Origin: a virus
DNA length: 64,000 nt
Direction: 5' to 3' (one strand)
Virus record (IMG/VR): IMGVR_UViG_3300050343_000185
The notes beneath the pieces were generated by a model that saw nothing but the letters and a program-made list of their open reading frames with translations, was not told the origin of the DNA and did no database searches. Shown here one piece after another: positions 9,962 through 19,527 of this stretch (position 1 is the first letter of the stretch; every line of letters begins with the position of its first letter). A program made the translations under genes and the position numbers.

Positions 9962-11004
9962 AGGACGAAGGTGACGAGTGCTGCGTACCCAATAAGTATA
10001 GCACATAATCGGGTGAGGACAACGTAGTATTTACGAATTGGTGTGCCGAAATACTGTTGTCCGATCATGAGACACTTGTGAGCGGGTGAGATAAGGTATC
10101 CTGAATACTCAGTACAGAGGAACCACACCAAGTATTGAGGACCAAAGATTGCTACCAGAGCAGAGGTCATGCCAGCATACTTACCAGATGAACCCATAGC
10201 ATAGGCAGCAACCATTGCCACCAGAGAGGCAGGTATAAGCATCCCAGGCGTTGCTGCGTTGAGATACTCCATAACTGGTCCTTTCACCAATCCTACCACA
10301 CCACCAAGGGCAAGGACAAGTGTAGCGATGATGGCAAACTTACCATCCAACCACTTGCCCCACTTCCAATCCTTGAACACAATAGAATAGTAGATTGCCA
10401 TTCCAAGGAACCAAGGGAAGAAGAAGATTGCCCCACCTTTGCCTGTATTCAATAGAAGAATCACAGTAGCAATCAGTGGTGCCCATCCAGTAAGAGCACG
10501 ACGCCAGTTGAACTCACGAACATAATCTAGGTTGGGGACAACAGACGAAGCTGGAACCTTAGTAAAGATGTACCACCATGTGTATGTCAAGGTGATAATC
10601 AAAGGAACAATAGTATATCCTAGGAATGTTCCATAGGATACACCCATCACTGCCATAGGTAGAACAACTGTCTTCTCTAGTGGAGACCACCAGTAGTAAT
10701 GGTGGACTGATAGGTAATCAATTACACCAAAATCAGAACGGCGTTCTTGATCTCTTGGTGCAATGGCATCTAGGAGTGGTGCTGATAAAGCAACACGTCC
10801 TGGAATAGGTAGTATACCACCCAACAGTGAGGTGATAATAACAAGGACACGATTGTCCTTGATGTATTTCTTTGCTAAAGCATATACATCCTCAAGAGCA
10901 CTATAATCACGGATGAATCCACCCAAGATCATGATGCCAAAGATGTACCCCATGTAGAGTTCATTCTTAGCAATAGATTCTAATGTTTTAACTAGCATCG
11001 TCAT
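9958..11004 (-). CDS. Polytopic membrane protein, DUF401-like / ion-transporter (IT) superfamily
   Basis: 348 aa with about 9-10 hydrophobic segments. LGGILPIPGRVALSAPLL and HHYYWWSPLEK resemble DUF401 motifs. Confidence 0.65.
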   Translation of the reverse strand: MTMLVKTLESIAKNELYMGYIFGIMILGGFIRDYSALEDVYALAKKYIKDNRVLVIITSLLGGILPIPGRVALSAPLLDAIAPRDQERRSDFGVIDYLSVHHYYWWSPLEKTVVLPMAVMGVSYGTFLGYTIVPLIITLTYTWWYIFTKVPASSVVPNLDYVREFNWRRALTGWAPLIATVILLLNTGKGGAIFFFPWFLGMAIYYSIVFKDWKWGKWLDGKFAIIATLVLALGGVVGLVKGPVMEYLNAATPGMLIPASLVAMVAAYAMGSSGKYAGMTSALVAIFGPQYLVWFLCTEYSGYLISPAHKCLMIGQQYFGTPIRKYYVVLTRLCAILIGYAALVTFVL

Positions 11005-11191
11005 GTGTTGTCATCATATTTTCCCAATCAGTATCAGTAACCTGATCTGTTAGTTCTTTGTATTCATCAGCAGGGACTGCCATAACAGCAGTTCCATCTG
11101 GTTTACGAACTATAAAGCTTTCGCCTGCTTCAATGCGATCCATGTAAGCATCGAAGTCTTTTTCAAATTCATCAAACGGAACTTCAACCAT
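10988..11191 (-). CDS. Phd/YefM-like antitoxin (orphan)
   Basis: MVEVPFDEFEKDFDAYMDRIEAGESFIVRKPDGTAVMAVP matches the Phd/YefM N-terminal pattern. AGGAG SD upstream. Confidence 0.65.
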   Translation of the reverse strand: MVEVPFDEFEKDFDAYMDRIEAGESFIVRKPDGTAVMAVPADEYKELTDQVTDTDWENMMTTHDDAS

Positions 11192-11831
11192 TGATCTCCT
11201 TAAAATCTTTTTCAAAAATTGCCAAACCAGAATCGGTCAGCACATGGTTATACATTTTGTCGAATACAGCAGGTGGCAATGTAACTACACTAGCACCATA
11301 CATCAAGCAGCGAGAGACATGGTGGACATCTCTCAAACTGGCAGCAAGGATCTTGGTGCGAACACCATGAGCACAGTACAGACCAGAGATAGCACGAACA
11401 AGTTCAACACCACTGAGTGAATTATCATTCATACGACCCACGAAAGGTGAGATGTATGTGGCACCTGCCTTCGCTGCCATCACTGCCTGAGCGGCGCTGA
11501 AGCATAGCGTAACGTTAGTCTCTACACCTTGAGCAGTGAGTTCTTTACATGCCTTCAAACCCTCTACAGTGAGGGGCAGTTTGATCGTAACATTCTCACC
11601 AATATCACGATACTTAATAGCATTGGTAAGCATCTCAAAGCAAGACTCACCTTCTACTTCAGCAGAAATGCTTTCAAAGGCAAAGTTATTTGCTAGAGTT
11701 TTAATGAACTCCACATAGTCCACACCAGACTTACGAACTAGTGTAGGATTTGTAGTGATACCATCAACTAGACCAGTCGTATAGCGTTCAGCAATTGCTT
11801 CGTAGTCAGCAGTGTCTAGAAAAATTTTCAT
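11184..11831 (-). CDS. talC: Transaldolase (TalC/FSA family), auxiliary metabolic gene
   Basis: MKIFLDTAD, GITTNPTL, TIKLP (Schiff-base Lys), YISPFVGR. Confidence 0.95.
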   Translation of the reverse strand: MKIFLDTADYEAIAERYTTGLVDGITTNPTLVRKSGVDYVEFIKTLANNFAFESISAEVEGESCFEMLTNAIKYRDIGENVTIKLPLTVEGLKACKELTAQGVETNVTLCFSAAQAVMAAKAGATYISPFVGRMNDNSLSGVELVRAISGLYCAHGVRTKILAASLRDVHHVSRCLMYGASVVTLPPAVFDKMYNHVLTDSGLAIFEKDFKEING

Positions 11832-11845
11832 ATTCAGTAGGTTGA

Positions 11846-12052
11846 TTACACTCCGATGCGTTGCTGCATCGAGATACATTGTTCTTTCATATTATACTGG
11901 AGTTTATAGTTCTTTGTCAAGACATAATACCCATTAATGGTCACTCCATCATCTGTCCACCCGTAGGCGATTACTTTTTCACATGCTCCATCGATAGTAA
12001 AGCATTTGTTACTATGTAAGTATTCGTGATAACGAGCGTCTAGATTAATCAT
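11846..12052 (-). CDS. Hypothetical protein
   Basis: 68 aa ORF with a 1-nt overlap with the upstream gene. Confidence 0.6.
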   Translation of the reverse strand: MINLDARYHEYLHSNKCFTIDGACEKVIAYGWTDDGVTINGYYVLTKNYKLQYNMKEQCISMQQRIGV

Positions 12053-12300
12053 TAGCGTTCCTCAAAAGTGATGCGGCGGACCTTGCGTTGGCGTCGTTCC
12101 TCTTGGTATTTTAGGTCATCAGGTGTCAGGATACCATGATATTTGATCTTTTTGTCATGTTTCGTTAGAACTACTTGACCCAAGTCAATTGCTCCCACGG
12201 TATCGTCCACAACCTTCATCTGATTCGGACACCCACAGAACTGAACCTTGCTATTGCTTGTCAGTTCTTTGTTGCATAATTTACATCTTGCAGATAACAT
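12052..12300 (-). CDS. Hypothetical Zn-binding protein
   Basis: CKLC...CGC cysteine pattern. Confidence 0.65.
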   Translation of the reverse strand: MLSARCKLCNKELTSNSKVQFCGCPNQMKVVDDTVGAIDLGQVVLTKHDKKIKYHGILTPDDLKYQEERRQRKVRRITFEER

Positions 12301-12328
12301 TAGTAAGCATTTAACCTCATATGAGTAA

Positions 12329-12400
12329 TGCTCGAAGAGGGGATCGAACCCCCGACAATCTCCGTGTAAAGGAGGTGCTCTACCTCTGAGCTATTCGAGC
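12329..12400 (-). tRNA. tRNA-Val(TAC)
   Basis: GCTCGAATAGCTCAGAGGTAGAGC...TT-TAC-AC...GGTTCGATCCC cloverleaf. Confidence 0.95.
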
Positions 12401-12403
12401 GAG

Positions 12404-12485
12404 TGTCGGTAAGAGGACTTGAACCTCCACGTCATAAGACACCAGAACCTAAACCTGGCGCGTCTACCAATTCCGCCATACCGAC
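12404..12485 (-). tRNA. tRNA-Leu(TAG)
   Basis: GTCGGTATGGCGGAATTGGTAGACGCG...TT-TAG-GT, long variable arm. Confidence 0.95.
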
Positions 12486-12562
<77 letters not shown>

Positions 12563-12570
12563 ATATTTTT

Positions 12571-12960
12571 TTAACTTTGCCAATGATAATGGTAAAAGTT
12601 TCCTCTACGATCACACATTGGATCTTCTGCAACTACACGATAAGGCAACATACGCTGTCCTTTAAAACTGGTCCTGTCTCCAATAATTGAATACGCTTCC
12701 AGAAGATTGTCTGTGTTTTTTAACCTAGCAACAACACTTGACTTTGCTGCTGGACGACGGTATAAGAAACCTTCGTATTGACCAGGAGCATAAACTACAT
12801 CGGCAACATTGTTAGGGAATACAGGGGAGTTAACCCTGTTAAGGATGGAAACCGCAACGCAGTATTCATCTTTAGTTCCAGTTGCTGCTTCAACTTGTAC
12901 TGCTCTCGCAAGGTGGTCATAGTCAGCAGGCGTCAATGCCAGAATTGTTTCCAAAATCAA
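12571..12960 (-). CDS. Cell wall hydrolase (SleB/Hydrolase_2 family)
   Basis: LARAVQVEA...VAVSILNRV.SP.FPNNVADVVYAPGQYE and GNFYHY motifs. The likely start is TTG at 12960, downstream of the internal promoter. Confidence 0.8.
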   Translation of the reverse strand: MILETILALTPADYDHLARAVQVEAATGTKDEYCVAVSILNRVNSPVFPNNVADVVYAPGQYEGFLYRRPAAKSSVVARLKNTDNLLEAYSIIGDRTSFKGQRMLPYRVVAEDPMCDRRGNFYHYHWQS

Positions 12961-13402
12961 AATAGTCTTTCCTGTAGTAACGTCCGAGGATGTTGCTATT
13001 ATAGTAGGCAGGGGTGCCATCTGTCAAGCTTTCCGTCAGAACACCGTGTAAGAAGAGTTGGCGGGTCTCTTCGTAGTTGACTCGTCCTGGTGTGGTGTGT
13101 AAGGAGAGGATTTCTCTAGCAAAAGACTCCCGTCCATATTTTTTAATATCATCACTAAGTTCTGGACAACTTCCATAGTAGTTTCTCCAGTTACTTTCAC
13201 TTGTAACTCTTCGCCGCTTCTTAGTTTGACCAGTATCTCTAGGCTTTCGTTTTTGCCAGAAGTATTTTCTACCGATGTAGGAACGGTTGGTGGTGCTACA
13301 GGCAATCTTGTAAACAAAACCATAGTTGTCCCCAATAAGAGACCCGTCAAAGACGCTCCCACAATACATCCAGGGATTCGGATACTCTTTATTTTCTGCC
13401 AC
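12923..13402 (-). CDS. GIY-YIG family endonuclease
   Basis: GFVYKI...SYIGRK (GIY-YIG), YYGS, conserved E (NYEE) and YNSNI. Confidence 0.85.
   Translation of the reverse strand: MAENKEYPNPWMYCGSVFDGSLIGDNYGFVYKIACSTTNRSYIGRKYFWQKRKPRDTGQTKKRRRVTSESNWRNYYGSCPELSDDIKKYGRESFAREILSLHTTPGRVNYEETRQLFLHGVLTESLTDGTPAYYNSNILGRYYRKDYFDFGNNSGIDAC
12998..13027 (-). promoter_or_regulatory. Sigma70-type promoter inside the GIY-YIG gene
   Basis: TTGACA-N18-TATAAT with both boxes at perfect consensus. It points into hydrolase, tRNAs and talC. Confidence 0.75.
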
Positions 13403-13410
13403 ATACTCAT
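13036..13410 (-). CDS. Putative overprinted membrane protein (alternative frame of the GIY-YIG gene)
   Basis: 124 codons open. TAAATA and GGAGG sit just before its ATG. N-terminal hydrophobic segment followed by a Pro-rich linker. Confidence 0.4.
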   Translation of the reverse strand: MSMWQKIKSIRIPGCIVGASLTGLLLGTTMVLFTRLPVAPPTVPTSVENTSGKNESLEILVKLRSGEELQVKVTGETTMEVVQNLVMILKNMDGSLLLEKSSPYTPHQDESTTKRPANSSYTVF

Positions 13411-13427
13411 GATATAACCTCCATTAT

Positions 13428-13589
13428 TTATTCAGTCCCATGGGTCACGTATTTGTATTTTATTGCCTGCATTCGCCACGCTTGAGCGAGACTTGACGGA
13501 CCCTTTGAGAGGAGATCTCTCTCCTCCTGATTGAGTAGGTTTGTCCGTAGGAGATCTTCCCTCCAACCAGGTAAAGAATATCTTATCAC
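13428..13589 (-). CDS. Small hypothetical protein (53 aa)
   Basis: GTG start overlaps the nrdB stop; MIRYSLPGWREDLL...GPSSLAQAWRMQAIKYKY. Below the ORF-track cutoff. Confidence 0.55.
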   Translation of the reverse strand: MIRYSLPGWREDLLRTNLLNQEERDLLSKGPSSLAQAWRMQAIKYKYVTHGTE

Positions 13590-14776
13590 AACTGAAAACC
13601 AGCGAACGTATCTTTTTCAACATCTTGTTTAATACTCCCAATTAGATATGATTCTACTTCTGTTTCCTGAGGAGCAACTTGCATACCTTTAGAAGATAAC
13701 CAGTGCTCGGTCCATGGTAGAGGGTTGTTTGTGATAGGAGTATCAAAAATTGCCTTTAATCCAATAGACTTTAGACGACGATTAGCAGTCCACTCAACAT
13801 ACTTAGCAAGAAGTTTGTCATTAAGACCAATAAGAGAACCATCTTTAAACAAATACTCCGCCCAAGACTTCTCTTCTTCTACACACTCACGGAACATCTG
13901 ATATACATTCTCTTCCTCTTCCTTAGCAATCTCGACCATCTCAGGATCATCACCTTCCAACCACTTTTTGATAATGTTCTTGGTAATAGTCATGTGTTGA
14001 CTCTCATCTCTAGCAATGAGACCAATAATCTTAGCAGATCCTTCGAGAAGTTTGAGTTCACCAAAAGCAAATGAACAAGCAAATGATACGTAGAAACGAA
14101 TACCTTCTAGAATGTAGACATTGACCACAGCACGATACAATTTACGCTTGAGTTCACGAAGTTCTATCTGTGCTGTTGGAACTTCATCCAAAGCATGTTC
14201 CCATTGATTACCAGCACCCCATTCCTGTGCTGCCTGTAGAAACTCATCATAAGCACTAGTAACTGACTGTGCTCTAGCAAGAATCCTGTCATCATCTAAG
14301 ATTTTATCAAAGACATCAGAAGGATCAGCATATACATTCTTGATAATGTGGGTGTAGGAGCGACTATGGATCATCTCCATGGTCTGCCAGATATTCATGG
14401 CACCCTCAAGCTCGGGTAGGCTGCAATAAGGCATGAAAGCCATGCCAGGACCACGACCTTGTACAGAGTCAAGGAGGATTTGATACTTAAGGTTCGACGT
14501 GAAGATGTGTTTCTGTGCATCATTTAAAATTTGATAATCAGCGCGATCTTTTTGAAGAGATACCTCTTCAGGACGCCAGAAATAACCTAGTTGTTGCTGT
14601 GTAAGTTTATCAAACACAGGGTACTTAAACTTATCATATCTCTGAACCCCAAGAGGGGGTCCAAAGAACATTTTTTGCTTGGTGCTGTCAACAATGCTCG
14701 TATTAAACACCGTCATACCATCTACTTGACTACGCATTTGATTATTTGTTCTAAATTTTGCAACTGTCACAGTCAT
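13586..14776 (-). CDS. nrdB: Ribonucleotide reductase class Ia beta subunit
   Basis: FWRPEEVSL, EMIHSRSY, LEGIRFYVSFA, DESQH diiron motifs. Confidence 0.95.
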   Translation of the reverse strand: MTVTVAKFRTNNQMRSQVDGMTVFNTSIVDSTKQKMFFGPPLGVQRYDKFKYPVFDKLTQQQLGYFWRPEEVSLQKDRADYQILNDAQKHIFTSNLKYQILLDSVQGRGPGMAFMPYCSLPELEGAMNIWQTMEMIHSRSYTHIIKNVYADPSDVFDKILDDDRILARAQSVTSAYDEFLQAAQEWGAGNQWEHALDEVPTAQIELRELKRKLYRAVVNVYILEGIRFYVSFACSFAFGELKLLEGSAKIIGLIARDESQHMTITKNIIKKWLEGDDPEMVEIAKEEEENVYQMFRECVEEEKSWAEYLFKDGSLIGLNDKLLAKYVEWTANRRLKSIGLKAIFDTPITNNPLPWTEHWLSSKGMQVAPQETEVESYLIGSIKQDVEKDTFAGFQL

Positions 14777-17073
14777 CCTCCTCGGTTTCTAAAATTTCTG
14801 ATAATAAATCTTGGACTTGATTTGGTTTCTCATCAATAGCATCTAACAAATCATCTTTGTTATCATATGTGTTTTGATAATAAGAAGTTTTCCATCCATA
14901 CTTGTATGTCTTCAGGAAATCACCTGCCATAACAGATACTGGGACCTCATTATTGTCAATAGTTCTCTGGATTATAACTCCAGTTGCCAGAAATTGCCTG
15001 ATCAAAGAACTTCTGCATAGCAGCGACAACTTTAATGTATCCATCGTTGCCCTTCATATCCCATAGAAGAGTGTAATTATTCTTGAGAGTACCATACTGA
15101 GGAACGATCTGTTTGAGTGGTCCTTTTTTAGACTTTTTAGTGGACAGATATCCTCTAGGTGGCTCGATTCCATTAGTTGCGTTTGACACAACGGAACTGC
15201 TCTCTGAAGGCATCTGTGCGGACAGTGTTGAGTGCCTAAGACCGTAGGTAGCGATAGATTCTCTAAGACTTTCCCAATCATGATTCAATTCCGTTCCACA
15301 GAACTCATCGATATCACGCTTGTAAGTGTCGATTGGGAGGATACCGTCTGCATACTTGGTTCTATCAAAATATCCACACCTGCCCTTCTCTTTAGCGATG
15401 GCATTACTTGACTTGAGCAAGTAATATTGGAAAGATTCAGACAAGTCGTGGACGAGTTTCCATGCTGCGGGATCATCATAGTGTTCTCCATTTTTTGCTA
15501 GGTAATGTGCGAGTCCGATATAACCAATACCAAGAGATCTACGATTCTTGGTGCTCAATTCTGCTGCTTCTACTGGATACTCCTGATAATCTACCAGTTC
15601 CTCCAGACCACGAACAGCAAGATCACAAATTTCTTCCAGTTCATCTTTCTTTGATACCTTACCTATGTTAACAGCAGACAAGATACACAAAGCAATCTCA
15701 CCGTTAGGGTCATCGATATGCTGAAGTGGTTTTGTTGGGAGAGTGATCTCCTGACAAAGATTACTCATGTAAACTTTGTCCTTAAAGGAAGAATGTGCAT
15801 TACAATGGTCAATATTCATAAGATATAATACGACCTGTCTCTGCTCTCTCCTTCAGAATATCTAGGATAAGTTCCTGTGCCCCGATAGTCTTTCTCGGAA
15901 CAGACTGATCTGATTCATAGTCCACATAGCGAGCGTCAAATGCATCAGTACCAAAAGCATCATAGAGACCTGGTACGTCATGCGGTGAGAAGAGGCTAAT
16001 CTCTCCATTCGCAATGAAACGTTCGTAGAAAAGTTTTGAAATTTGGATTGAGTAGTCAAGTTTCCTCACTCGATTGTCTTCTGTACCCTTATTATTCTTA
16101 AGAACAATAATGTCTTCTATTTCCTGGTGCCAGATAGGAAAGTGAACTGTAGCAGAACCACCTCTGATGCCGTTTTGTGTACAGCATCTGACAGTTGCTT
16201 CAAACTTTTTAAGGAAGGGGACAACACCTGTGTGTTGTACCTCGCCGCCTCTAATTTTAGAATTGATGCCACGAATTCTGCCTGCGTTAATACCGATACC
16301 AGCCCTTGTGCGACGTACCTACCAATAGCCATATCGCTGCTAAAGATACTATCGAGGGAGTCATCAACATCAACGAGAACACAAGATGCAAATTGACGGA
16401 GTGGTGTCCGAACTCCTGCCATGATTGGCGTTGGGATGTTGATCTTGTGCTTGCTGATTGCGTTGTAGTATCGTCTGACATAATCCAGTCTAGTATCTAT
16501 AGGATAATTTTGGAAAAGAGTTGCCGCAATCATCATGTACATGTATTGAGGAGTCTCATACATTTCACCACAACTACGATCCTGAACAAGATACTTATCT
16601 ACAACTTGGCGGAGACCAGCGTATGTAAACAACATATCACGATCATGATCCATGTAAGAATCAATCTTGTTCCACTCTTCCTGAGTATATTTACGCAAGA
16701 TACCATCATCATAAACACTTTTGGAGACACATTTTATTGCGTGATCCAACACAGTAGGGTATCCTCTGATCCAATCAGGACCAAAAACTTGCTTACGAAC
16801 TCCAAATAAAAGTAATCGAGCAGCAACAAATTGGTAGTTAGGATTCTCCAAACTAATCAGGTCGCTAGCAGAGCGAACAAGGATCTCTTGAATATCGCTT
16901 GTCTGAATCCCATCAAAGAATTGGAGACCGGAGTTCATCTCTACCTGAGAGGCACTCACACCGCTCCCTAGACCCTCACATGCCTCTTCTACCATCTTAT
17001 GGATCTTATCAAGGTTCAAACCCTCTACAGCGCCATTACGCTTCTTTACTTTAATACCGTGTCCGTTTGTCAT
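14751..17073 (-). CDS. nrdA: Ribonucleotide reductase class Ia alpha subunit, split by three single-base indels
   Basis: ATP cone N-terminus, PTPIMAG, ASCVL, SNLCQEI, TSYY, C-terminal CDSCKI. Indels at about 16307 (-1), 15826 (+1) and 14958 (+1). There is no inserted sequence between the fragments. Confidence 0.92.
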
Positions 17074-18059
17074 ACTTTCTTCCAGTCGTTTAATTTAAGG
17101 GTTGCTTCTAATCCAGCATAGACATTAGAGTCTACCATGTTCTGAACGTCGTGTCCAGCAAGGAACATATCGTTTATGTCCTTTTCCTGTATCTTCTTTG
17201 GCCAAATGACTACCTTATCTCCTCGGTGCTAATAACTTTAGAGATTCGGTTGACGATTTCTTTGTTGCGTGGTTCATTATCAAATACCCAGATGTAATTG
17301 TTCCAACCAAAGGTTCTAACATCAGCATCAGATCCTGCCATAGCAACAGAATTACTGAGGAAGGTAGCATCGAATGGTCCTTCCACAATGTATACAGGTT
17401 TGTCGTCTTTTATTTTATCCAGTCCGAAGATCTTTGGGTGTTCTTCGTCTAGCATGATCGTTATATATCTTAGTTTTGCCTTAGGGGCGAGCGATCTGCC
17501 TTGGTATCCAAACAGGTTACCTTCTTTGTCTCGGAATGGAATAATAATGCGAGCACTATCTTGTCTAAGGTATCAAACATCTTCTTTTGCTCATTTGTCC
17601 AAGCCTTAAACTTGGGACAATAGTAGAAGTAATCTAGATCTTTGATCCCTCGGTTCTCAAGATATTCTCTTGCCGGGTGAGATATATTTAGCGAAGAAAT
17701 CTTTTCAAGATTTGTATCTTTCTTGCAAATTTTGGTGGTTTGAATTCAAACTTGGGATTGGGTACAGTAGTTCCCTTACCAGTCCTACCATCTTTAAATT
17801 TCTCCATGACATATTGATCATGGAGAAACATATCCTGGTCTTTTAAAAAATTAGAAAGTGTTCTACCCATGCCACAGTTATGGCACTTAAACACAAAGTC
17901 ATTCTTGATCTTAAAAAGATATCCCCTCGTTTTATTCTTCCTCTTTTGTGAGTCACCACAGTAAGGACACCTGAAATTATACAGGTCTGCCTTCTTGCGA
18001 CTAAAAAGAGTCAAACGAGAGGATACTAGTTGTATATACTTTACGTCAATGAATGACAT
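17070..18059 (-). CDS. gp61: DNA primase (T4 gp61-like), split by three indels
   Basis: Zn finger CPYCGD...CHNC; TOPRIM EGPFD and FDNE; KDINDM. Indels at about 17723, 17569 and 17230. Confidence 0.9.
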
Positions 18060-18065
18060 TCACTA

Positions 18066-18485
18066 CTAGGGATTCGCTGGTCCTATAATAGCAGCGTTTA
18101 CTTGGGGTGTCAACAGTTTGAAGACAGGAGGGAACCACTTGTAATACTGTCACAAGAGTTGTCAAGACAGCAGAGGTAGCAATTACAAACCTAGTATTGC
18201 TTTCCGTTTTTTTCTGGATCTTGCCAATTCGCTCAGTGTTGCATCAACATGATCTTTCTCATGTCTTTCCTTCATCTCTTCCAGCATACCGATGATAAGT
18301 TTATCGGCACGTTCAGATTCATCCAAACGATTTTCATGGCGCTCCAAGATTACAGCAACTCTGTTGCTGTTCTCTGAGATTGTGCCAACTGCTCTTTCGA
18401 GCTTATCAAGCATCTCTTTCGAGAGGTCTTCATAAATATCGAGTTTTGATTCTAATACTGCTAATCTACCAAGACCGAATGCCAT
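18066..18485 (-). CDS. Coiled-coil protein with a C-terminal hydrophobic segment; two indels
   Basis: Track ORF 18183-18485 continues in other frames (FVIATSAVLTTLVTVLQVVP...GPANP*). Confidence 0.55.
18085..18113 (-). promoter_or_regulatory. Sigma70-type promoter for primase-nrdA-nrdB
   Basis: TTGACA-N17-TATTAT. Confidence 0.7.
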
Positions 18486-18487
18486 AC

Positions 18488-19198
18488 TTAAACGTTCCTT
18501 ACTGCGAAATTGAGTGCTGTTTGATATGAAGAAGCATCTTTGTTCAGTAGATACTGGAACTGTTGCTTATGACTATCATCTAATTGAGCATAGCAAGCAG
18601 CAATACGTTTTGCTGAGAAGTTATCAAGGTTTTGTGTAGATCCATCGCCAAATTGTACCTTAGCAAATGATCCTTCACCTTGTGGATTGAGTTCTGATGT
18701 CGCAACGTCTAATGCAACTTGAACTACATCTTGATTTTCAGTCATAATTTCACCTGTGGGTTCATAAGAATTTTTTTGTTGGACCTTTTTTTCTTGATCC
18801 TTTGCTTTCTTTTTAAAGTCAGACATACGTGCCTTCATGAGAGTATCCATCTCACCAGACTTATTCATCATTTTTTCTTTCGCCTCTTTACGCTTTTTTT
18901 GCATTTCTTTCTGGCGATTCAATTTCTTACCCTGTTGGATAACTTTCTGTGCCCTCTCTGTATCGGACACAATTGCTTCGTCAATTTGTGTTTCTAGTTG
19001 TTCTTTCATTTTTCTTTTTTGTATACGATCGAAGAGGGTACGAGCGCCGGATGTGCGCCCATCAACTTTGTCTTGGTTATTCTTTTTATATTTACGGTGC
19101 TGTCTAGGATTCACCATAACAAAAGCAGGTGGCAACTGAAGACCAGAACCGTCTCCTGCCATCATTTCATTTAAATTAGATTCAGACTTCTTAGACAT
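18488..19198 (-). CDS. Hypothetical protein (charged coiled coil)
   Basis: 236 aa ORF. Confidence 0.7.
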   Translation of the reverse strand: MSKKSESNLNEMMAGDGSGLQLPPAFVMVNPRQHRKYKKNNQDKVDGRTSGARTLFDRIQKRKMKEQLETQIDEAIVSDTERAQKVIQQGKKLNRQKEMQKKRKEAKEKMMNKSGEMDTLMKARMSDFKKKAKDQEKKVQQKNSYEPTGEIMTENQDVVQVALDVATSELNPQGEGSFAKVQFGDGSTQNLDNFSAKRIAACYAQLDDSHKQQFQYLLNKDASSYQTALNFAVRNV

Positions 19199-19524
19199 TC
19201 TTCGTCAGCATCAGTAAAAGTGGGCGGTAATCTATTTAGAAACAACATAAACGCCTTGATTTGAGACCAGTATGTTGCTTCAATTTTATAAAACAAGAGT
19301 GGTGTTCCTGCTTCACCAAACACATTATATAATACAATCACATGATTTAAAATAAGATGTGTTTTTAACTCACCCGTCGTCTCATATCGTTTTAGTAATC
19401 TTTTGATATACTTAAATCTCTTTAAGTCTTCTTCAAAATCACTATAAGTTACTGACGACGGGTTGTTATAATTTTGAATAGCAAAGAAGAGCCAGTTGTC
19501 TGGCGTCAATTCAGCGAAGTTCAT
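19171..19524 (-). CDS. Conserved T4-like cyanophage hypothetical protein
   Basis: 117 aa; FEEDLKRFKYIKRLL...HLILNH. Confidence 0.75.
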   Translation of the reverse strand: MNFAELTPDNWLFFAIQNYNNPSSVTYSDFEEDLKRFKYIKRLLKRYETTGELKTHLILNHVIVLYNVFGEAGTPLLFYKIEATYWSQIKAFMLFLNRLPPTFTDADEECLRSLNLI

Positions 19525-19527
19525 TCA

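Noticed and set aside
13432-13641. 69-aa track ORF after nrdB
   Set aside because: It overlaps the nrdB 3' end in a different frame. The GTG-started 53-aa ORF (13428-13589) coupled to the nrdB stop is the better gene model.
14751-17073. Group I intron or intein in nrdA
   Set aside because: The fragments join with single-base corrections; there is no inserted sequence, homing endonuclease or intein motif.
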